DNA from: the human T2T-CHM13v2.0 reference genome, Homo sapiens
NCBI RefSeq assembly: GCF_009914755.1
Contig: NC_060925.1
Strand: one strand, 5' to 3'
DNA length: 64,000 nt
The position numbers were made by a program, and so were the translations under genes. Below the pieces are notes generated by a model that was not told where the DNA came from, did not search any database, and was given only the letters and a program-made list of their open reading frames with translations. This document shows positions 39,961 through 50,671 of the stretch, in pieces (the first letter of the stretch is position 1; each line of letters opens with the position of its first letter).

Positions 39961-41397
39961 CTTGCTCTCTACCTGTGGCCTGAAATGTTACAGAACAGTA
40001 CGATTGTCTAAACTGCAGCCAGGAATGTGAGGAGAAGAAGGAGAGTCCTTAATAACCTCCGCAACTAGAGCTATGTAGGCAGGCAATATATCTGTAGAGT
40101 GATTCCTGGGCTTCCTGGCAAGCAGTGAAGTGCTTGTCTACAGGACTGCTTGCAGAGCCAAGGCAGACAACAGAGCTGGCCAAGCCAGGGTATGTATCTT
40201 TCCAGCCTGTTTCCATGGCCAACTCCTCAAGGTATCTAATTAAAGGCCACGCAGACACAGGAGACAAGAGCCTTTGGAGAAAGAGGAGCTTGAAGAGGTT
40301 AAACATTTTGAACTGCTTGCTACCTTCGGCTTTGGCCTAAAGGAACCCTGAGGGATGCTTTGCAAAGAACCTGGCCTCCGGAATCAAAAGTACAGAGACA
40401 ATCTACTGGAATGTGTGGCTGCTTTAGTATTTGGAGAATAATAATAAGAAAAGCCAGATGTCTTTAAAAAGCAGGTAATTTGCTTTTCAAAAAAATGTTT
40501 GCTCTTCTCATGTTTTAAATTGTTCAGCTCTTGTCTTCTATATTTAGGTTGTTTTGTTCTCTAAATGTTTAGCACTTAGAGAATGTTATATTCCTTTGAC
40601 TAGATTTTCGCTTAGTTTTTATCTTCCTTTAAAATGTTTCAGCTACCTGGCTTACTCTTTCTATTCCATTTAATTTTTTCCTCCATTGTTTTCACTTGAA
40701 AACATTGTTGTTTCCTTTTCTCCTTAAGCTTTATTCGCAACTATATCCTTGAAATTCTACGTTTCTGATTTTAACATCTAAAATTTTAATTCTTTTATCT
40801 CATTTTTCCCTAGTTATACTTCTAATTTCTGAGTTCCTGGTTTTCTTTTTTAACCCGTTCAATGTGTTCTGTATTCCTTTTGTTTGATTTCTCTTATTTC
40901 AACCTCCATTTTTCTCCTCCACGTTTGGTTTTCTTGGTTTATAAATGTATTTTCTTATTTGTAATTTTAATCATTATGTTCCTTGTATAGTGTACATTTA
41001 TCAGGCTGACAAATGACAGAAATACAAAGCTTAGGCTTTTAACCTCTATACCATTCAGGCTTAATCTGCAAACAGCTTTGTAGCTAACTAAACTAGAACA
41101 TTTCCTACACCGATTGGCCGCTAACATGTTTTTTTCTCTTTTGACCTATCTCCCTTATTAGCAGGGTTACAGGGGGCTCCTCCTGCTCCTGAATCTTTCC
41201 ATTTCCTGTACTTGTCAGAAGAAGCAAGGAGAGGCTGCCTAAAGCTAGAAGAATTCAGGGTTACTAAAAAAAAAAAAAAAAAAAAACAGTCGCTCAGACT
41301 CTTGTGGGATGGCTTTCACATATATGATAGGTCTGTGCGTCATATAGACCAGCTGCAACTCCCAGAACGATATCAGAAGGTGGTGCCTTTTCACATC

Positions 41398-41866
41398 TTT
41401 CTTTTTTTAACTTTTATTTTAGGTTTGCGGCCACATGTGCAGGTTTGTTACCTAGGTGAACTCGTGTCACGGGGATTTGTTGTACAGAATTATTTCATCA
41501 CTCAGGTATTAAGCCCAGCACCCAGTAGTTACCTTTTCTGAGCCTCTCCCTCCTCCCACCCTCCACCCCCAAGTAGTTCCCAGTGTCTTTGTTGTTCCAT
41601 TCTTCATGTGTTCTCATCCTTTAGCTCCCATTTATAAGTGAGAATATGTGGTGTTTGGTTTTCTGTTCCTGCATTAGCTTGCTAAGAATAGCCTCCAACT
41701 CCATCTATGTTCCTGCAAAGGACATGATCTCATTCTTTTTTATGGCTGCATAGCATTCCATGGTGTATCTATAACACTTCTTCTTTATCCAGTCTATCAT
41801 TGATGGGTATTTAGGTTGATTCCATGTCTTTGCTATTGTGAATAGTGTTGCAATGAACATTCGCAT
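41398..41866 (-). mobile_element. L1PA (older primate, ~PA13-16) 3' end fragment
   Basis: aacttttattttaggttt...catgtgcaggtttgttacctagg; minus peptide MFIATLFTIAKTWNQPKYPSMIDWIKK (ORF2 C-terminus). Confidence 0.88.
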
Positions 41867-42040
41867 CGCAGGGAAGCCTTCAGAATTAGGGAAGGTGGTC
41901 AAGAATGGGCTCTGACCCTTTGTTCATCTCTTTTGGAGAGAATAAGACTTTTCCTTAAACCCAGAGGAATAATCTGAAAAATTTAAATGACCATGGCCAA
42001 GAATTTCATCATGTAATACCATCTAGTTTCTTTAAGAACT

Positions 42041-43073
42041 TGTATCAGTGAAAGTCCAATCAGGACACAGAAATCACATAGTAATTTGAAGAAAGAATTA
42101 GAGTAAAGGGGCAGTTGCTAGTGAGAGATAACAAGTACTCTAAAGAATATAGGAATGGCAGGCATTCTCTTGAGCTTTGCTACTTTGGAGGTCTTTGCCC
42201 CCAAAAGGGGGAATTCATTAGGAGACAAACAGTAATTTCACTGAATTTGAAGAGAAGATTGCCACCTGGTCATTTGAGGCTGTTTATGTCACTAAACCAA
42301 TGGGCCAAAAATAAGGAGTTGCTTCACTGGCTGGAGTGATTGATCCCAATTACCAAAGGGAAATTGAATTGGCAGCCCCCTCCCCTAGGACTAAGCCAGA
42401 AGTCCAAGGAAGAAGCCAACTCCTCCCAGGGCTGAGATCAGACATCGTTGGAGAGGGCATGGCAAGGCACACTGGCAGAGAAGTTCACTGAAGTGTCGTT
42501 GTCAGTGGAGCTTGCTGGAAAACTGCCCTTTGGAGTGCTAAGGTCATATCCTCAGGGAGGAGCCATGTCTCAGAACTCACTGAAAAGCCACCTGAAGGAA
42601 TGTGGGGAAAGTTGTCCAGAGGAAGGTGCCCTGTTAGCAGCTCTCTGCAAGGAGGTATGCTGGGGGAAGATGTTCATGAGAATGTGCCCACCATCTGTAC
42701 CTTGCTTAAAATGGCTGGAACCAGTTGCCTGAGGCAGCCATTCAAGTGAAGATGCTTTGCTGGTAGCCCTCCCACTATAAAGTTGTCCACAGGAAGGTGC
42801 TCTGTGCTGCCGGCCACTGGGCACTGCAGAAAACACAGAATGTGTGCACACACACGTACTCTCTCTCTCTCTCTCTCCCTCCCCCTGCAGGAGAAGATCA
42901 CCTGAAACAAGAAGAAAAGCTCCTTTTTTCTGTGATCCTCCAGCACTGTCTATTGACAAAGCTTAGCAACATGTTCACTGTAAAGAAGAAATTCTTAAAG
43001 GGGTCAGCTCCATTATCATAGAATGGTAATAAGTGGATTGGGGGTTGAGACAATGAGTTGATAACTGGGAACA
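42041..43073 (-). mobile_element. ERVL 3' LTR (LTR41/LTR33 group) carrying a ~200-bp inverted insert at 42170-42371
   Basis: Minus strand begins TGTtcccagttatcaactcattgtctcaacccccaatccac directly after a PPT-like gagtagctaaaggaatgtac and ends ...ctgataCA. Confidence 0.65.
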
Positions 43074-43890
43074 GTACATTCCTTTAGCTACTCATTTTCC
43101 ATATTTACCCTTCACTCATGTGAGTTCTGTACAATGAAGCAACTCTGTGTTTCCACCTAACAAGATATTGCTATTCTCACAAGTGAAGAAATTCTCACCC
43201 TTCACAAAATAAAGAGATGCATAGTCCTAACCATCACTGTATCCATTGGCAGCTATAGTCATTACTCCTCAAATTCTATCATAGTTTCATTGATTATTTT
43301 CTTGCCTAAAGACTATTATGTATGGTTAAGCACCACTAGTTTGTGTAAAAACAAAAATGGAAAAAGGAGAAACAGCCTACACACATAAACATATAATAGC
43401 CAAAGAGAAAATACACAAAGCCACTACAGTCCTCATTTCAGTAGCTGGGCACAAGGCCATAGTTGATACCTCTGGCTTATATTTCTTTTGCCCTTGGCCA
43501 GAAGTTCAGCGGGTCAATTCTTTATCCAGCAGAGGGACCTAAACCTTCCTTCAGAAGGGTAAAGTCCTTAGTCATCTGCCTTTTTATTTTTTTTGGTTGT
43601 TATAAGAAGTGCTAATGGGCACCCCAGATAATCCCCTGGATTCCACATAATCCTCCTTCTCCCCAGTGTGTAGCAGCAACTCAATATCCCTTTGATAATT
43701 GAGATCAATCACTCCAACCAGTGAAGCAACTCCCTATTTTTGGCCTGTTGGTTTAGTGACATAAACAGCCTCAAATGACCAGGTGGCAATGTTCTCTTCA
43801 AATTCAGTGAAATTGTTGTATCTCATGATGAAAGCATTCTCCCTCTTGGGGGCAAAGACCTCCAAATTAGCAAAGTTCAAAGTTTCCATT
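43074..43890 (-). mobile_element. ERVL internal fragment (3' end including dUTPase-like region)
   Basis: Minus-strand text ...attgccacctggtcatttgagg...ggagtgattgatctcaattatcaaagggatattgag (degenerate LPPGH and GVIDxDYQGEI dUTPase motifs) leading to the PPT and LTR. Confidence 0.75.
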
Positions 43891-44764
43891 GGATTTGGCA
43901 GTTCCATCACTGATAGCAGTAAAGGAAATCATTTCAGGGGAGTAGTGGGAACAAAAGCCAGATTACAAGGGGGTTTACAATGAAGAGAAGGCAAGGCAGG
44001 GAAGCCAGTAAGTGAATGCAGCCCACTCTTTCGAAAGAAAAGCTATGAAATTAAGTAGAGGAGAGCTCTGTAAAGCACTCAGAAGAGGACACAGGATTTT
44101 GAGAGGAATTTTTAAAATGAGGAAAACTTACACATCTTATAAAATTCAAGGGGAAGCTCTTCTATGTAAAAAGAAATTGAAGGAAGACATGAGTAAACAA
44201 GCTCCCAAATGGGATGGGATCAATAACTCAAAGCAGAGGCATCTCTGCCTCAGTATCTGAGCCCAAAGAAGTGGGGTAGGGGTGTGATGGGAGAAAATAA
44301 AGGCAAATTTGTAGAAGGTGGAGCAGGAAGTTGAGCTGGTTACCTTCTCCCAGTTTAATTTTCAGATTACAAAGCAAAGCCTTTTGATGAAAGAACTAAG
44401 TTGGTAGAGCAGGAAGACTGAAGAAAATGCACAATTTTGAAAAGAACAATAGTGGAAAATAGAGAGGGGCAAGAGATAGAGAAATCTAATCTGGTTGTCT
44501 ATAAATCATGACTCAAATTTTACTTCCTCCTTGATGTATGCTCTGCCTCTTCAACTGATAGTAAATAAAAGATTAATAATATATCTATATAGCAATTAAA
44601 AACAGAAGTTTCTCTTTAAGTGCCTGTCCTATAGCTCTTACATAGCACTCGTCATTTTCTGCTATGTAGTTTTTTTCCTTTCTATAATCCACTGGTAACT
44701 CTTTAATTAATTAGATTTTTGTATCCCTCATAAGCATCTACTAGAGTGTGTAACTCATTAACAC

Positions 44765-45250
44765 AGTGTTTCAATAACTAATTGTTGTACAACAAACCAC
44801 TCTATACTAATGGAGTAAAATAACAATCTTTTGTAATTATTCTCTCTCATGGTTCTGGGGATAACTAAGTGGTTCTCACTTGGGGGTCTCTCCTGTGGTT
44901 GCAGTCAGGGAACATCTGGAGGCTCCTTCCTGCACATCTCTGGAGTGTGATGTTGGCTCCTGGCTGGGACCTCAGCCGGGAGGCTGCCCTCCACAATACA
45001 CATATGTGACTTCTCCATGCGGCTTGGGCTTCCTCAGGGGATGGTGGCTGGGTTCCGAGAGCAAGTGTCCTAGAAAAGAGCTGGGCAGGTGTTATAATCC
45101 TTTTTATGATCTCTGAAGTCATGCAGTAGTATTCGGTAACACTCTATTTATTAGAATTAAGTCACTAAGGCCAGCCCATATTCAAGGGGCAGGGAGTTTA
45201 GACTCCATGTCTTGATGAGAGGAGTGTCAAGGGATTTGAAGATACTACAC
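44765..45250 (-). mobile_element. MLT1F-like MaLR LTR
   Basis: tgtacaacaaaccact...ctctcatggttctggg...ggcttcctcaggggatggtggctgggttcc...aaggccagcccatattcaagggg. Confidence 0.75.
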
Positions 45251-45500
45251 ATATAAATGCTAATTAGCTGCTTGTTTTAAGCATTTAGTGTATTTTGAAA
45301 AAGCCTCAGAAAGAAAGAGAATGAGAGTGGTACACAGTCTTACAAGGTCTGAATAGAAGTCAGGAATAATGCTAAAGAGTCAATTAACCATAAAAGATGC
45401 TACCCATGGCTGCTTATTTCGCAAGTGTTTGTGATCTTCTTTTACAATCTCTTTTTAGGAGATAAAATTGAGCTATTTTGTCTAGAAAGGTGTAGTAGGT

Positions 45501-45657
45501 CAGTGCTTCTCCTACTTTATGGGCACACAAACTCCTCGGGATATTGTTAAAATGCAGATTCTGATTCAGTAGGTCTGAGGTGGGCATCACATTCTGCATT
45601 TCTAGGAAGCTACAGGGGGGATACTGCAGCTCCATGAGCCACCCATTGAACAGCAAG
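45501..45657. mobile_element. MER5-type hAT MITE
   Basis: cagtgcttctc...ttgttaaaatgcagattctgattcagtaggtctgaggtggg...ttctgcatttcta. Confidence 0.8.
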
Positions 45658-46600
45658 TTAGCAGAAAGTAATAAGGGTAACTGCCTGGCTCCTGTGATCC
45701 CATCCTTCTCTGGGAGGAGTGCTAATGGGGTATGCCACCAGAGGTCCTTATGGGCTTACAAGACCTTAGCCCTCTGGCCTGTGAACCTGTGATGCCAATA
45801 AGGTTAATCTATTCTTCCATAAGACTTGTAGAACTGGAATTAAAGGAAGACAGTAATTTACCTCTCTCTTGTGGTAGAAGCATGGGATATGAGGTTCTAT
45901 CCATCATGTGAGAAAGTCAGTTTCCAGGAGGAATAAAGGGAACACAGAGAGAGAGAGTGAGTCCAGGTGATACTCCAGTGCCTGATGAGGCTCAGACCTG
46001 ACCCCACTTCTGAAAGATTATACAAAATATCCTAATATTCTTCTGGCAAATTCCCCTCTTGGCCTACATTTGTTCTACTTTGGTTGTTATCATTTGAAAC
46101 TAAAAAAGCTCTAACAAAGGGTAGGGAAAGTAGGGGATATGTTCTCTTGGAAATGTAATGCTCACTGTTTTGCAGTACTAGATTATTATCCAGACATCTG
46201 CAACCTGAGGGTGAGGAAAGACTGTCCCTTAAATCATGTTAAAGGTATGTTCCCAACAGAGTGGACTGAATATGAAAAAAGAAGACAGTGGAACACTAAG
46301 GCTGAGGGAAGATGAGAAAAGCCTCAATCTACCTAAAATAGGAGAAAAATCTAGAAAAGGGAGGCAAGAGAGTCTATGGATTAAAATCGTTGGATAGTAT
46401 CGAAAGAAACTGTTACCCAAAATTTATGCCTGCTGAAAACAGATGGGAAAAGGACAGTCTAGGAATAGCAAAGCTAATGTTCTCTAAAGAGTGACAAGAC
46501 CCTGGGCCTGAGTGGAAGTTAAAAGCAAGATAGTCCTGCCCAGCAAAGAACAAAACATTGACTTTTCCTATATGTCAGACATTGTGTGATTTGCTTTACA

Positions 46601-46905
46601 TTTTTTTTTTTTTTTTTTTTTTGAGACGGAGTCTCGCTCTGTCGCCCAGGCTGGAGTGCAGTGGCGCAATCTCGGCTCACTGCAGGCTCCGCCCCCCGGA
46701 GGTTCACGCCATTCTCCTGCCTCAGCCTCCCGAGTAGCTGGGACTACAGGCACCCGCCACCTCGCCCGGCTAATTTTTTGTATTTTCAGTAGAGATGGGG
46801 TTTCACCGTGTTAGCCAGGATGGTCTCAATCTCCTGAACTCATGATCCACCCGCCTCTGCCTCCCAAAGTGCTGGGATTACAGGTATGAGCCACCATGCC
46901 CAGCC
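46601..46905 (-). mobile_element. AluY
   Basis: ggttcacgccattctcc, gtgttagccaggatggtctc diagnostics; 15-bp TSD atttgctttacattt (46589-46603, 46907-46921). Confidence 0.95.
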
Positions 46906-47169
46906 AATTTGCTTTACATTTATGACCTTATTAAATGACCCCCCCTAAGAAAGTTTCGCTCATGTCCGTCCCTGAAACTCTAGCACAGTCAAAGCTGGCA
47001 CTACCATAGTCAAAAGAGAGAAAACTGAACGTGGGTCGTATCATGTGATTCCCACCTGGCAGACCCTATGACTGGGTATACCTCAGCAGGCAAATCTCAG
47101 AGTCCTCTGAAGTCTCTGAGACTGCAAACTGTGCAGGTGACACAAGAATGACACTGCCACCTTTCCATG

Positions 47170-50100
47170 TTTGGAGTAAATAAATTTTTAATAACCAGTT
47201 TCTTGGTTACAACTTCATCTATATAAATCCCCTTATTCTAGGATCTACACAGTTAAACCTAATATTTCACAGCACATTTCCAAAACAGTACAGTTTTTAC
47301 ACTAAGAAAAAAAAATAAAAATAAAAGCCTGGTTACCACCAAGGTGTATTGTCCATGAATTGAAAGGCTTTCCTATTTAAGTAGCAGGTACATGTGTAAA
47401 TAGGGCAGGCAGCAACAGAACAGCAATATTGGAGAACTCTTTCTTTGTAGTAAATGCCCTTGAGTATGAGATGTGACACTGAAGCAATAAGGCCAATTCT
47501 TTAAAGCAAAAATGGATACTGATCTCATTGTTTTATAGCCATATCTTGTGGTATGTTTATAACGTATTTCTTTCACATGTTAAAACAGTATCTACTAAAG
47601 ATGGGCTTAATTTTGGTAAAGTCAACTGAAAAAAGTTATATGTTAATGCAACATTTGTTGTAAAGATTCCAGAAACACAGGAGTCAAAATTTCAAATTAT
47701 GATTCCCACAGTAACTGTAACTCTGGTATACAACATACATAATGGAAGAAATGTTATCAATATATACCATAGTAGAAAATACTCAGTAAGCAGAAACAAG
47801 CTGAGTTATGCTTCTTGTGGGAATCATCATTTTCAACTAGCTGGGAATATATAAAAATCAAAACCATAAATGCATGGATTATTTTTTGCATTTAATTCTA
47901 ATATTTCTTGATCCAATTTAATCAGCTTTGTATCCAAACTACATTTTCCTTTCATAAACTGCAAATGAATGTCTTTCGTAATTTTAAAATCCACATTATT
48001 TGATTTCTTTTTCTCACACAGGCTGCCTTTGCAGGATGGCATCATTATACCCTGTCCCTCCCTGAAATGTCAGGACACATCTGCAGGGATTCATTTATCT
48101 ACATTCCTTTTCTCTCTGAAGGACACCATGGGGGAGGAGAAAAAGAACAGCAAAGAGAACAAGAATCACATTGAGTAGCTTAGAAAGCTACATAAGTGCA
48201 CTGTGACCATTAACTTCCCCTTTGGTATCCTCCTAAGCCGACATAAGAACAATAATGCCACCATATATTTACAATTTCAGAAGTGTTTAGTCAAAATACT
48301 ATCTCATCTGATTCTCACCACAACACTGTGAGAAAGGCAAAAACAAAACACCTTTCTGTTGTTCAGCTTTTGTGACTCAAGTAGAATATATTTAAGGATT
48401 TGTTTTTATGATACTGTTTAAAGTGTAGGCCATTTAATTGCACTGACAATATTTCCTAAACGTACTCATCTACCACATGCAGAGGATTTAGTTATTATGA
48501 AGGCAGAGTATGCTCTATGTAAAAAGATTATGGTTATAAGTGAAACATTTAACATATTTTAAGCTTTTGGCTTTAACTATATTCTGAAGATTCAATAATG
48601 AAACAGAGGAACAACTGCCCTTTGAAATTCTGCTGAGGCAAAATTTATCCTGAATATTTTATCCAGTATTACTTTTCCCAGTTTGGTTTTAACTAAGAAG
48701 GGCACCTTCTACAACCTCTGAAGACGAATCCTTTTACTTTCTAGCAGTCTTTACAGGGTATGTTTCATTATATTCAAACTAAATTACTTTGGCTCAAGAA
48801 CAATCATAATTCCTTTACCACCCTAAATAGCTCCGCCTCACCGTGGTGTCCACGACCTTGTATGAGTGTCTGGAGGGCAACATGGTCAATCTTTTTGTGT
48901 CTCAGTGCTACTATAATCAGTCTATTCAATTGCAAGTTTATTTTCCCTTCTTTTCATGTACAGAAAGATCCTTCACATAATCAGACAAAATTTTTCTTCC
49001 TCATTTATATAACACATCAATAAAAAGATCAATTAAAATAAAGATTCAGAGCTGGCAAAAAGCCTCAATATCATTTGTTCTAACTAGGGAGATAACACAG
49101 TCAATCCTTTGCCTTTTGAAAAGTATGACAATCTTGCATGCAATTAAAAGGTAATATTATAAGTGCAAAAGGAAAAACAAATCTTAAGGAATATTAATTT
49201 TAGGAGGTTTTCTTGTGGAGGAAGAGTTGTCTTAATGTTACCTACAATTATAAACAAAATTTAAAAAAAAATCTTTGCACTGAATAAAGATGAACACATA
49301 AATTCTTGCATAAAACAGATAAGACACCTGAAGGTATCCCCCCAGACATAAATACTTAACTTTTAGGCTTTTCCTCTACTCATATGCAAAAGTTTGAAAA
49401 GAAAAAACAACATCAGGGGTTGGTCATAGCACAGTCTCAATATTATTTCCAAACTAAAATGTCAGTGATGGGGATATGAGCTCTTGCATCTTACCAGAGA
49501 CTAGAAAAGGGGCTTACTGCCTTATAGGATACATCAGCCAGACATGAAGGCTAGGCCATAAGCATACATTTTCTTCACAGGTCCATCCACTTTATGGGAT
49601 TTTTCTCAAGGAAAGTATAGATACAGCCAGTGGGCAAGGAGGTTTACCTAAAACAGAATGAAATAAAGTCCTTGTTGGCTCTCTCTTTCAAGATGGAAAA
49701 TGAAGAGGACGTGACCAATTGTAGAAGATCACAGAACGCTTACAAATGAAAAACAATGGGGTATGTTTCTCTTGAGCAGTCAGTACGTGAAATTATCAAA
49801 GGTCTAAAATTTCCCAAATAAACTGACAACAAACATATAAGGTCCTGGAGATTGTCAGTGCCATAGATTAAAAAACCAATTTTTCATCTTTGCTTTTAAT
49901 TAAAGCTGCAGGATTCCATGAGTGACCAGCAGTAAAATATTAATACATTAAAGAATAAACCAAAGGAAAACATTTGGTACAATGTAAGTGGTCCAACAAT
50001 AGAAGACTGTGAAATGAATTAAATATTCATAAAGTGAATACTATGCAGTCATTCACAATGTATTTTTGAGAGGGAAAAGGTTGATAATACATTGTAAAAT

Positions 50101-50554
50101 GAAAAAAGACATTACAAAATAGTACATTCCATATGATCTCCATATTGGGAAAAAATATGTGCATAAGTCAAAAGATTGGGAGGATATACAAAAAATAATT
50201 AACCAAAGTTACTTCTGTTAGTGAGAATTTAATGTCTTCACAATTGTTTCTTTTCCAAATGAAAAGGGGATAAGGGGAAATTACTATTTTCAAAAACAGT
50301 CAATGTATTCTGATCTCTGTCTCATTCGCTTTTATAATACACAAAATACAAAACTGGAATATATTTAGTGCCATTAAGCAGTTGCATTAACAATTATTTT
50401 TCTTTAAGTTATAAAATTAATAGTTGATTCAAATTTAGTTTCCTTATACTTATTTCCAATTCATACAAGAGAAACACATTTTTAAAAATATATAATGACA
50501 TAAATTATTATCCAAGTTTGCAGTCCTCCATGCATTCTTCATTCATCATCAAGT
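47170..50554 (-). other. PIGK: PIGK 3' UTR (~3.4 kb)
   Basis: Repeat-poor AT-rich sequence from the stop to a minus-strand ATTAAA; the end point is inferred. Confidence 0.7.
47187..47192 (-). terminator. PIGK distal poly(A) signal ATTAAA (candidate)
   Basis: Plus-strand TTTAAT. On the minus strand it is followed by CA ~15-20 nt later and then GU-rich gtggcagtgtcattcttgtgtc. Confidence 0.6.
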
Positions 50555-50671
50555 CTAAAAAATGAACTTCATATGCTTAATTCCATAAGTTTTGAAGAAA
50601 ACCATGATAATAAGTGCCCATAATCCCAGAATAAAGCCCCCAGGAGGATGCCAGTCTTTCAGCTTCGGTTT
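50555..50671 (-). CDS. PIGK: PIGK terminal exon, coding part (38 aa + TAG); C-terminal transmembrane anchor of GPI transamidase subunit GPI8
   Basis: Minus-strand acceptor gttattcttgttttgcag|AAACCG. Encodes KPKLKDWHPPGGFILGLWALIIMVFFKTYGIKHMKFIF*, recognised as the PIGK C-terminus. The ORF-track N-terminal part (50740-50672) is intron. Confidence 0.96.
   Translation of the reverse strand, partial: KPKLKDWHPPGGFILGLWALIIMVFFKTYGIKHMKFIF

Noticed and set aside
42115-42339. Functional dUTPase gene
   Set aside because: Only a frameshifted fragment of motifs 2-3 from an ERVL fossil.
47760-47835. Box C/D snoRNA or SECIS (minus-strand AUGAUGA ... CUGA)
   Set aside because: Exonic UTR location, no terminal stem adjoining a D box, no SECIS quartet/apical-A geometry, and PIGK ends in TAG.
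47833-48045. 70-aa downstream ORF in the PIGK 3' UTR
   Set aside because: No homology or coding signature; length within the chance range.
50555-50580. ER-retrieval dilysine motif at the PIGK C-terminus (KHMKFIF)
   Set aside because: Lysines are at -4 and -7, which is not the KKXX/KXKXX spacing.
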